Source of the DNA: an uncultured delta proteobacterium
GTDB lineage: Bacteria > Myxococcota_A > Polyangia > Polyangiales > Polyangiaceae
DNA: 64,000 nt
Direction of reading: 5' to 3'
NCBI GenBank assembly: GCA_963696385.1
Contig: CAVOKF010000005.1
Span: 352,001 to 416,000 of the forward strand
The translations under genes were made by a program, and so were the position numbers. Positions 11,917-20,478 of this stretch are shown piece by piece. The notes below the pieces were generated by a model. That model made no database searches. It saw nothing but the letters and a program-made list of their open reading frames with translations, and was not told where the DNA came from. Position 1 is the first letter of the stretch. The number at the start of each line of letters is the position of its first letter.

Positions 11917-12888
11917 TCACACGGCCCGCATTCCGCGTCGATAGCCCACTCGAGCGAGCGCGTCCTCGACCACGCGCTCCCGCGCGCCCGGTTCGGCTTC
12001 GGCTTCGGCAATCATCACGATCCGGTGGGCGAGTACGCTCGAAGCGACCGCGCGGATGTCGTCCGGAGCGACGAAAGGCCGACCGCTCATCAACGCGAAG
12101 GCCTTTGCAGCTTGAATGAGCCCCAAAGTCGCTCGCGGGCTTGTGCCGAGGGCCACACGGACGTGCACCCGGGTGAACTGGGAGATCGCGACGGCGTAGG
12201 CGAGCAGATCATCCTCGACGTAGACGCTGGACGCGAGCGCCTGAAGCTGCACGACAGCGCGCGGGTCGAGCACGGCCCGAGAGCTGGGCGACGCTACGCC
12301 ATGCGTCTTCAGCATTTGCGCTTCCTCGCGCGGCGACGGGTAGGTGACCGCGACGCGCACGAGAAAGCGATCGATTTGAGCCTCCGGAAGCGGGTAAGTG
12401 CCCTCGAGGTCGATAGGGTTCTGCGTGGCGAGCACGAGAAAGGGCGACGGAAGCTCGTAGCGGTCACCCTCGATCGTCACCTGTCGCTCTTGCATCGCTT
12501 CGAGCAGCGCACTCTGCGTCTTGGCGGGCGCGCGGTTGATCTCGTCGGCGAGCAGCACGTTGGCGAAGACGGGTCCGGCGCGCAGAGCGAACGTTCCTTC
12601 TCGCGGGGACAGGACGTAGGTCCCCGTAATGTCAGCCGGCAGCAGATCCGGTGTGAATTGGATCCGTCGAATGGTGCAACCGAGCGCCGCGGCAAAAGCT
12701 TTGACCAGCGTCGTTTTGGCCACGCCGGGAACCCCTTCGAGCAGCGCGTGGCCACGAGCCAACATCGCCATGATCAGCGCGTCGATGGGTCGGACGGATC
12801 CGACGTAGACTTGCGCCACCTCCTGCCGCACCTGGTCGAGACGGTCTCGGGCGGCGGCGATCTCGCTCGCATCCACTGCCGCGCTCAC
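11917..12888 (-). CDS. MoxR family AAA+ ATPase
   Basis: LEGVPGVAKT, RIQFTPDLLPADITG, LADEINRAPAKTQSALLEAMQE, ATQNPID, LPEAQIDRF. Confidence 0.95.
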   Translation of the reverse strand: MSAAVDASEIAAARDRLDQVRQEVAQVYVGSVRPIDALIMAMLARGHALLEGVPGVAKTTLVKAFAAALGCTIRRIQFTPDLLPADITGTYVLSPREGTFALRAGPVFANVLLADEINRAPAKTQSALLEAMQERQVTIEGDRYELPSPFLVLATQNPIDLEGTYPLPEAQIDRFLVRVAVTYPSPREEAQMLKTHGVASPSSRAVLDPRAVVQLQALASSVYVEDDLLAYAVAISQFTRVHVRVALGTSPRATLGLIQAAKAFALMSGRPFVAPDDIRAVASSVLAHRIVMIAEAEAEPGARERVVEDALARVGYRRGMRAV

Positions 12889-14279
12889 GATCTCCCACCA
12901 AGTATACCATGGCGTTGCGCGTCCACGGCGGCGAGTACGCTTCGCACCCGATGGACGGCCTCGCGGAGCTCGGCATCGCTCGGGCGGCTCAGCCTGGAAT
13001 GGCGCCCGCCGGGCATGGGCACCTGGAAACGAGCCAATTGCTTGAGCAGGGCACCGAGTGCCTTCGCACGCTCGGCGTCCAAGAGCCCGGCCTCCAACGC
13101 TCGCGCGATGAGCCGGTCGTGCGCGACGATTCGATCAAGGCCGAGCCGCGTGGCGAGCTGCTCCTCGAGGGCGTTCCTGAGCTCGACCAGCGCGAGCAAC
13201 CTTGACGTGCCCGCTGAAGCTGCACTCAGAGCCGCCGCATGCCCGGCGATGCCACCCTGTGCCAGAATCGAGACCGGGCGTGTGAACCGAGGCGTCGACC
13301 GCTTGTAAGTGCGACCGGCTCGCGTTCCCGCCCAGAACACGACGCCTAGGCCTAAGGCGACCGCTAGGACATACGTGACGTTCGGCGGCAGGCCTCCTCG
13401 CAAGGCGTTGATCGCCCCCGCGGCGATGCGATCGACCGCACCGGCCGGGTCTGCCCGAAAGGATCCACGGTACCGTCCGTGAACCGTAAAGTCCCCCGCC
13501 AGAAAGTACAGCTTTCCGGTACGTGCAGTCGTGCCAATCTCGTGCCCAAGCCCATCGGGCGGTGCCGCGGCCTCGGCTGCGAAGCGAATGAGACCGCGCG
13601 CGAACTCGAGGTTGCCTGGGTAGCGTAGCATCGCATTCATGGCGACGGATGCGTCGCCCACCGCCACGAGGCGGCCCTTCCCGACGACGCCGGCAACGGC
13701 GAGCACGACATCCTCGCCCCGACCTCGCACCACCAACAGGGGTGTGAGCCGATCCTCGGAAAGCCCGGTGGCGTGGTTCGTGACGACTCGCTCCACGTTC
13801 CGTACGAGCGGATGCACTCCGACCGCATCGGCGACGGCGAAAACCGGATTGGACCGCAACATCGCGTTCGGTCGCTCCGGCAGCGGTACGCGACGGATTC
13901 CAAAGTGCTCGAGCAAGACGTCGCCCGTGCCGTAATCGTCCATCAGAATCACTCGGCCGCCGGAGCGCATGAAGGCCGACAGATCGTCGGGGTCGATCTC
14001 CCGCTCCGGATGAACGAGCACGAGTGCGTCGGTCACCTCCAGTCGATCGAGGTCCAACCTTTGCGCCACGACGACGAGGTGGCCATCGGGGATCTCGCTT
14101 CGCGCCAGGGCGACGAGCTGCGAGAGCCCGTCCCAACCGTCGTCCGTCGGGTCGAGCGGTTTGGCCAGGGCGGGCAGAGCAAGAAGAGCCACCGCGAAAG
14201 CGACCCGCGCGGCCGGGAGCCAGGCCTGGCGTCGGGGCCGAGCTAGTTTGCCCGCTTCAGCCGATCTTGACCCTGGCAC
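12885..14279 (-). CDS. DUF4350-like exported/membrane protein (start codon uncertain)
   Basis: Signal-like N-terminus, FMRSGGRVILMDD, GRLVAVGDAS..N.ML, C-terminal TM. GTGA overlap with MoxR. The GTG at 14279 overlaps a sigma54 site, so the true start may lie downstream. Confidence 0.7.
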   Translation of the reverse strand: MPGSRSAEAGKLARPRRQAWLPAARVAFAVALLALPALAKPLDPTDDGWDGLSQLVALARSEIPDGHLVVVAQRLDLDRLEVTDALVLVHPEREIDPDDLSAFMRSGGRVILMDDYGTGDVLLEHFGIRRVPLPERPNAMLRSNPVFAVADAVGVHPLVRNVERVVTNHATGLSEDRLTPLLVVRGRGEDVVLAVAGVVGKGRLVAVGDASVAMNAMLRYPGNLEFARGLIRFAAEAAAPPDGLGHEIGTTARTGKLYFLAGDFTVHGRYRGSFRADPAGAVDRIAAGAINALRGGLPPNVTYVLAVALGLGVVFWAGTRAGRTYKRSTPRFTRPVSILAQGGIAGHAAALSAASAGTSRLLALVELRNALEEQLATRLGLDRIVAHDRLIARALEAGLLDAERAKALGALLKQLARFQVPMPGGRHSRLSRPSDAELREAVHRVRSVLAAVDAQRHGILGGRS

Positions 14280-14289
14280 TCTCGTTGCT
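14273..14289 (+). promoter_or_regulatory. Sigma54 (-24/-12) promoter
   Basis: CTGGCACTCTCGTTGCT against consensus YTGGCACG-N4-TTGCW, exact GG-N10-GC spacing, 85 nt upstream of ORF 14374. Confidence 0.7.
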
Positions 14290-14306
14290 ATCCTTTTTCA
14301 AGGGCG

Positions 14307-14323
14307 ATGGCACCTGCTTCGCT
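14307..14323 (+). promoter_or_regulatory. Second, weaker sigma54-like site
   Basis: ATGGCACCTGCTTCGCT, GG-N10-GC spacing, 34 nt downstream of the first site. Confidence 0.45.
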
Positions 14324-14373
14324 CGTCGACGAAGTCATCCTCACACGAGTCTGGAAAGAAAGAGGAGGTCTCG

Positions 14374-14556
14374 ATGTTGCCTCCGTTCATTATCGAGCAA
14401 ATTCGTCAGCGAGAAGAGCAAGAGCGTGCTCGTTACGAGCAGCCACGTCTGGAGTTGCCGGTGGATCGACCCGCTCCGCACGCTCCCCGCGCCCCGGAAG
14501 ACAAAGCCGAGCGCGGCGTCGTCATCATCGACTTGTTGAGCGACTCCGCCGTCTGA
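14374..14556 (+). CDS. Small hypothetical protein (60 aa)
   Basis: Strong AGGAGG RBS before ATG. MLPPFIIEQIRQREEQER...RGVVIIDLL, typical codon usage. Confidence 0.75.
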   Translation: MLPPFIIEQIRQREEQERARYEQPRLELPVDRPAPHAPRAPEDKAERGVVIIDLLSDSAV

Positions 14557-14743
14557 AAGTTGCGCCCCGGCCTCTCGGCTAAGCTGGCTCGTGTGCGACG
14601 GCAGTCGGCCTGAGCCCGCACGTGCGGCGACAGCGGACTCTCGAGCGGTGCTCGACACCCACGCTTGTGGTGACTAGGCTCGCGGGCCATGACGGCGAGC
14701 CGCCTCGCCGAAAATCGCTTTCGCTGCGGGGCCCTACCCATTG

Positions 14744-16831
14744 ATGGTTCTTCGCTTCCTGTTCGGTCTTGCTGTCGCCGTCTGCCTAGTCCCCGCTTGC
14801 TATTCGGGGGGCGGCGGGACCGCGCCGCCTCCAAACACGTTCTATTATCCCACCGGCCTGGCCGTTTCGCAGGGCGGTAACGCGCTGTACGCCGTCAATT
14901 CCGACTTCGACCTACAATGGAACGGCGGCACGTTGCAGGTCTACGACTTGTTTCTGCTGCGGCGTGACGCCGATCTTCTGATCAACGCGAACCTCAGCGT
15001 GCCGGGCGCGCCCTCGCCCACAGCGTGTTCGGGCAATTCGGCGGCGACCGCCGACTGCATCCCGTTTCTCAGCCCCTGGGAGATGCCCGGCCAACCGGGA
15101 AGTTGCGTCGACACCACTCCCACCCCAAGCGTGACGGAGGCCAACGGCACCCGCGTGCCATTGGGCGAGGATTGCGCCCCGGCGGTCGACTCGACACGCT
15201 ACATACAAGACTCTTTCACGATCGGCGCGTTTGCGACGCAGTTGCAGCTGTCGCCGGACGGATCGCGCCTGTTCACACCCGTCACCGGCAATGCGTCGCT
15301 CACGTGGGCCAACGTGGTGCCCGACGACCCGAACACCGTTCCTCCCCGGGATATGGCCGTTGCGGCCGCAGCTTGCGAGCCGGATGCCGGCTCTTCAACG
15401 TGCCACAAGTGGACCCCGTCGCAGCCTACGCCGTACGACACCTCGACCAGCCCTTTCGTCATCGACTGCGCTCCAGACGCCAACGGACAGTGTACGAGGA
15501 CCGCGGGCGGCGTCCTTGATCCGGGCGACAGCCGGGGAGTAACGATGCCCGGCGAGCCTTTCGGAATGGCGTTGACCCCCGATGGAACGGCCGTGGCAAT
15601 CACGCACCAAACGACGACCCAAACGTCGCTGCTCACGACCGGGTGCGGGGCGTATGCGATCGCCGGCGGCAGCGCGATCGACGCGGGCGTACCCGACGAC
15701 GGGGGCGCTGCTGCCGCGATCGACGACGCTGCGCCCGACGAAGGTGCTCCGACCGGGATGGGCGGCGCCGCACCCGACGGCGGCGCCGCCCCGGCAGAGG
15801 AGACGATGAGCCTCGTAGCGAGCTGCGAGACGAGTACTCCACCGTCGATGCAATACGTCCTTGGTGGGTCCGCAACGCCGTCCAATCCGGCAGCGACGGC
15901 CCCCCCGGTGGGCGGGCTTCCCAATGGCGGCAGCGGCATCGCGGCCATTCCCCACGACAACAGCCTCAACTCGCCTGCCCGTGGGTGCGAGTACACGAAC
16001 GACACGCCGCCGTGCGTGCGGCCTTCGTTCCTCGAAACGAGCGATAGCAACGCGCAGATCGACCTGCTCCGTTATTACGACGACCTCGGCTCTTCGCTCG
16101 ATCGTCCATTCCTCGTCCTCGAGACGGCGTTTCCGCTGACCGCCAATGCGACTGGAACCAACCAGAGGGGCATCGCCATTGACCCGACGCCTCGCATGGC
16201 ATGCAGGGCCCGCGCCGCGCAGAACAATGGCGGGGTGCTCTCGGCGGCCGACGACGCGGCCTGCGGAACCGTTCCCTCGCGCGTATTCATAGCGAGCCGA
16301 ACCCCCGCGTCGCTCATCGTCGGCCAAGTGGGCGGCATATCCGCAGACGGGACCACGTTCGACCCCGATCTGCTGGTGATTACCGGCAACAAGCCGCTGT
16401 CCAACGGCCCGTCCAACGTCTACCTGGCGCCGATCGTGAACCCGCTGGGTCAGTACGAGCTGCGCGTCTTCATCGTTTGCTTCGACTCGAGCCAGATCTT
16501 CGTCTACGACCCCGACTACGATTTGGTGGAGACCGTGATCAATGTGGGCCCGGGACCGTTCGCCATGGCGTTCGACCCTTTCGACCTCGACGACGTCGCG
16601 AAGAATGCCGACGTACCCCTCGACCCCCGACAAGTCGACGGGCAATCAGCCGACGTGGCTCCGGGCACGCCGCACACCTTGAAGAGGTATCGCTTCGCGT
16701 ACGTGGCGAGCTTCACGCAGTCGTTCGTGCAGATGATCGACCTCGATGACTCGTTGCCGGCCATCAGCCCTCAGACGTACGAGAATGTCGTGTTCACGCT
16801 CGGCTTGCCGACGCCGCCGAAAGGGTCGTGA
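14744..16831 (+). CDS. Cys-rich lipoprotein with probable beta-propeller (YncE/YVTN-like) segments
   Basis: Lipobox LVPA-C. Blade-like motifs PTGLAVSQGGNALYAVN, LSPDGSRLF, PFGMALTPDG, VGPGPFAMAF. Confidence 0.7.
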   Translation: MVLRFLFGLAVAVCLVPACYSGGGGTAPPPNTFYYPTGLAVSQGGNALYAVNSDFDLQWNGGTLQVYDLFLLRRDADLLINANLSVPGAPSPTACSGNSAATADCIPFLSPWEMPGQPGSCVDTTPTPSVTEANGTRVPLGEDCAPAVDSTRYIQDSFTIGAFATQLQLSPDGSRLFTPVTGNASLTWANVVPDDPNTVPPRDMAVAAAACEPDAGSSTCHKWTPSQPTPYDTSTSPFVIDCAPDANGQCTRTAGGVLDPGDSRGVTMPGEPFGMALTPDGTAVAITHQTTTQTSLLTTGCGAYAIAGGSAIDAGVPDDGGAAAAIDDAAPDEGAPTGMGGAAPDGGAAPAEETMSLVASCETSTPPSMQYVLGGSATPSNPAATAPPVGGLPNGGSGIAAIPHDNSLNSPARGCEYTNDTPPCVRPSFLETSDSNAQIDLLRYYDDLGSSLDRPFLVLETAFPLTANATGTNQRGIAIDPTPRMACRARAAQNNGGVLSAADDAACGTVPSRVFIASRTPASLIVGQVGGISADGTTFDPDLLVITGNKPLSNGPSNVYLAPIVNPLGQYELRVFIVCFDSSQIFVYDPDYDLVETVINVGPGPFAMAFDPFDLDDVAKNADVPLDPRQVDGQSADVAPGTPHTLKRYRFAYVASFTQSFVQMIDLDDSLPAISPQTYENVVFTLGLPTPPKGS

Positions 16832-16834
16832 CCC

Positions 16835-19800
16835 ATGCGGCCGGCGAGAGTCTTCGGCTTCGCGGGACTGACGGCGCTGTTGCTCGCCACGGGCGTCGTC
16901 GTCGTCACGGGCGTCAGTTGCTCGTCGACACCGAGTCCGGTGCCGATTCGCACCTTCGAACGACCCCAGAAAATGGCCGTCGTATGCCTCGGCGTGAACA
17001 GTGCGGACGGGGCTCCCGCGCCCGTGGTCACCCCGCTCCCGCTCGCGGATTGCCCCCCCGTACCGCCTACGGTCATTGGGTCACCCTTCCAGAATCACGT
17101 CATGGTGCTCGTCACGCAGCGGACACGCGGTCAGCTTGCGGTCGTGGATCTGACCGGAGGCCAAGTCGTCGACGAGGACCGGTCGACGCCCGGCATCAAC
17201 TTGATTCCGGTCGGGGCCGATCCAACCGACGTCGTCGTCACACCGGATTTGTTTTTGGTGGAGGGGGACACGGCGGTTCCTCCCCTCGTGTTCGTGGCGA
17301 GCGCCCCGACGAACCAACCGGCTATCTACAGCATTCCGAGCTCGAAGCTCTTGGGCGATTCGATGGGGCTCGACGCACAGCCACCGGAGCTTACGAGCTT
17401 CGCGGCATGTTCGCTCCCGCAACCTCCCCAAGCGCTAGGCGTGGCGATCACGACGTCGGGCGGGGATGCCGGCGGTCCGGCGTACGTCGTCGTCGTGCTT
17501 CTGCGCGCGTTTCTGGGAGCTCCGGCCCAGATCGTGGCGGTGGATCCGAGGCCGTTCTCCACGACAATCGAGCCGGGCACGTTGCCCCCGTGCACGATCT
17601 TGGGCCAGGCTGCTTTTTCTGGCGCGGTGCCGGCCACCGGGCCGGCGTCGGCATGGCCCGACGGCGTCGTATACGCGGACGCTGGCGATCTGCAGGCGAA
17701 TGAGCCGCCGCTCGGGCCAAGTTGCTCGTCCCCGCCGGTTTCGGTCGGGGACGCAATGGCCACTACGGCTGCGGGCGGCGATTCCGGTGCGCTTGAAGCG
17801 GGGGTCACGGACGCGGGTCCGATGGCCGAGGAGGCCGCGAGCAACGACTCCGGGGCCCCAGACGCGGCGGGCGCGACGCCCGGTGGTGGCGATGCCGGTC
17901 CCGCAGTGGGCGCCGGGCAGGCCGCAGTGGGCGCGGGGCTCGTGCTCCCGCCGGTCGGTCCTCCGCAGCCGACCGCCATGGTCCTTCGGGACGACGCGCC
18001 CATCGCGTATGTCGCGGATGAGTCCGTTCCCCTCATCCATATCATCGACCTGAGCGATCCGGCGTCACCGCGCGAAATCGGCCAATTCGTCGCAACGAGC
18101 GTCGCGAACCCTTCCCGTCAGGTCCAGGTCGGCGGTCTCGCACTCAGTCCCACGACGAGCGATCTTCGTCGCTACCTCTACGCCATCGACATGAACGAGG
18201 GCACTCTGATGGTCTTCGACGCCACGAGCCCTGCGCCCCAGACCCCTGCGCAAGCGCCGCTCCTTCGGCCCCACGCGGAGCTCAATCCGTTCGTGCCTCC
18301 CGACCGCCTTTCGTTCTCGGCGCCTGTAGCGGCGATGACGTTCGTTCTGCACGATTGGCCGCTCGTTCCGCCGTCGCCCAATACGGATGAAGTCCATGCC
18401 TACACGGGCCTGCTCTGCAACCCGAACCCGAACGCGGCGGGGTCCGTCGCCGGAACGTTCGTGGACGGAGGCCTCGGCGGGTTCTACCGGACCGATGAGG
18501 TGGCCATCATTCAGCCTCAAGGCAGCGGCGTGGAGGGCTGGCCCGCGCGGCTACGAGGCGTCTTCGGGTTCGTGACGCTGTCGAACGGCAGCATCGTGGT
18601 CGTGGACGTCGACGACTGGGACGCTCCGTGCCGCCGGCCCGACCCGATGAATACCGTCGATGGCGGTCCCGCCTTTCAGCTGGGCGTGCTCGACTTGCCG
18701 GAGCCCGCCCCGCTCTCGGCCGACGATCTCGACCCGTATCACGCGCCGAGCACGGTCCTGACCAACGACAGCAATACCGGCGTCACGCAGGAAGTGTTTT
18801 TCCCCGTATCCGCTCCGAACCGCATGCGCTCCCAGTTCCTGTTGCGCAACGATCCGACCTCGGGCGTGCATGAACCTTACGTTTCCGTCGTTCCTCAACT
18901 GTACGACTCGACGGGCGCAGTCGTGTCGTACGCGAGCGGCGGAACGGCGGCGTTGATCCTGCCGACCGCCCTGTCGCCTGGATTTGCGGATCCGGCGTAC
19001 ATCGAGAACCCTACGGTAGTCGACTTGGATTACACGTATATTTCGCCGGCGCTGGCTACCGCGAGCGGTCAGGCGGGCGCGGGTGCCGCGGTGCTGTTTC
19101 CTGGTGCAGCCGCAACGGTTCCCGGCGTGCGTGTCTCGCTCGATGACCCCACCGCTCATATCGACCAGGACTGGTCGGTCACGTACGAAGGCGTGCTGCC
19201 CACGGCCAATGGCATTTTCGCCGATATCGCCTCGGCGGATAGCAGTTATGAGACGCTGACCTTCGCTCCCGCGCCGGCGTCGGAGGATGCGGGCGGGTCG
19301 AACGGCGCGGATTTCTGCGAGCGTGGGATCGAAGACTGGAATACCGGTCGGATCCGCGCAAGCGCAGCCCTCGACGCGATGGCGGCTGCCGGGCTCTCTC
19401 CTCCTCCTTACGTCCAAAACCTCGGCCAATGGAGTGCGGACTACATCGAGATCACCGACGATCTTCTCGCCCCGGGCGACCCATACTGGTCCCTGCCTGT
19501 GAAGTCGACATCCGGAGGTCTCGAGAACCCGTGCTGGCAGGGGCTCACCGTCATCGACGGGACGGCGCTCGACGACGATGCTGCCGCGTCGATCGCGAAC
19601 GAGCGCTACAACGCCTGCTTCCAAACGTACAATTCGGCCTCCAACGACGACTTCAACTACACGCGCGATTTCCCGATCCTGCAGGCGACCGACAATGCCC
19701 TGGTCGTCGGGCGCTTCGCCTGGCCCACGAGCACGGACGAGCTGCCGACCAACCGCACCATCGTGGGTCCCGATCCGAGCAACGTTCCCTACCTGAGGCT

Positions 19801-20395
19801 GGCCACGTGCTGTTTCCACCACCAGGCGGGATTCAAAGTGAGGGCCGGTGGCGAATGGGTGACCACGGGCCAAATCGGCCAGAATCCAGGAGTCGGACTC
19901 CTGAACCACGTCGTCGCGCAACCGGGGACCGGGGCGTGCGTGATCGATTGCGACGATCCCACGCGAACGCTCCTCAATGCCCGTGCGTTCGAGGTGCCTC
20001 CGCCCCCGAGTGCCTGCAATCCGGCGATGTCCAATGGCTCGTTGCCCGCGCCGATCGACCGAAATAGCGTGCTCGCGATGCGCAACCCGATGCTCTCGTT
20101 CGTGATGTGGGGGGGCTGCCCGCCGCTGAACGCAGCCGACGGCGGCGCGGTCGACGCGCAAGGGGATCACACTTTTTCGGCTCGCGATCAGCATTGGCAG
20201 TTCTCGCTGCGCGGCGGATTCAGTCCGGAATCGGTCGCGCTGCAGGGGACGTCGGGCACTCCGGTTTCGCCGCAGTCGATGCTCTACATCGCTCCATTCG
20301 AGCAACTCGCCGTCGTCGATGGCGCTCAGAACGGTCAGGGGCTCGTCGTCATCGACGTGAACACACTGGGTTTCGCTCACGCGCCGTACTTCTGA
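16835..20395 (+). CDS. Large Cys-rich lipoprotein, unknown function
   Basis: 1186-aa ORF, hydrophobic signal ending GVS-C, propeller-like motifs (IPVGADPTDVVVTPD, RYLYAID), 3 nt after the previous gene. Confidence 0.75.
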   Translation: MRPARVFGFAGLTALLLATGVVVVTGVSCSSTPSPVPIRTFERPQKMAVVCLGVNSADGAPAPVVTPLPLADCPPVPPTVIGSPFQNHVMVLVTQRTRGQLAVVDLTGGQVVDEDRSTPGINLIPVGADPTDVVVTPDLFLVEGDTAVPPLVFVASAPTNQPAIYSIPSSKLLGDSMGLDAQPPELTSFAACSLPQPPQALGVAITTSGGDAGGPAYVVVVLLRAFLGAPAQIVAVDPRPFSTTIEPGTLPPCTILGQAAFSGAVPATGPASAWPDGVVYADAGDLQANEPPLGPSCSSPPVSVGDAMATTAAGGDSGALEAGVTDAGPMAEEAASNDSGAPDAAGATPGGGDAGPAVGAGQAAVGAGLVLPPVGPPQPTAMVLRDDAPIAYVADESVPLIHIIDLSDPASPREIGQFVATSVANPSRQVQVGGLALSPTTSDLRRYLYAIDMNEGTLMVFDATSPAPQTPAQAPLLRPHAELNPFVPPDRLSFSAPVAAMTFVLHDWPLVPPSPNTDEVHAYTGLLCNPNPNAAGSVAGTFVDGGLGGFYRTDEVAIIQPQGSGVEGWPARLRGVFGFVTLSNGSIVVVDVDDWDAPCRRPDPMNTVDGGPAFQLGVLDLPEPAPLSADDLDPYHAPSTVLTNDSNTGVTQEVFFPVSAPNRMRSQFLLRNDPTSGVHEPYVSVVPQLYDSTGAVVSYASGGTAALILPTALSPGFADPAYIENPTVVDLDYTYISPALATASGQAGAGAAVLFPGAAATVPGVRVSLDDPTAHIDQDWSVTYEGVLPTANGIFADIASADSSYETLTFAPAPASEDAGGSNGADFCERGIEDWNTGRIRASAALDAMAAAGLSPPPYVQNLGQWSADYIEITDDLLAPGDPYWSLPVKSTSGGLENPCWQGLTVIDGTALDDDAAASIANERYNACFQTYNSASNDDFNYTRDFPILQATDNALVVGRFAWPTSTDELPTNRTIVGPDPSNVPYLRLATCCFHHQAGFKVRAGGEWVTTGQIGQNPGVGLLNHVVAQPGTGACVIDCDDPTRTLLNARAFEVPPPPSACNPAMSNGSLPAPIDRNSVLAMRNPMLSFVMWGGCPPLNAADGGAVDAQGDHTFSARDQHWQFSLRGGFSPESVALQGTSGTPVSPQSMLYIAPFEQLAVVDGAQNGQGLVVIDVNTLGFAHAPYF

Positions 20396-20478
20396 TTCCA
20401 GTCTGCACGGCTCATCCGTGCCGGTGGCACCGCGGTGGACCTGCGACCTCACCCTTGGTACTCCGAATCGAGTCGCTG

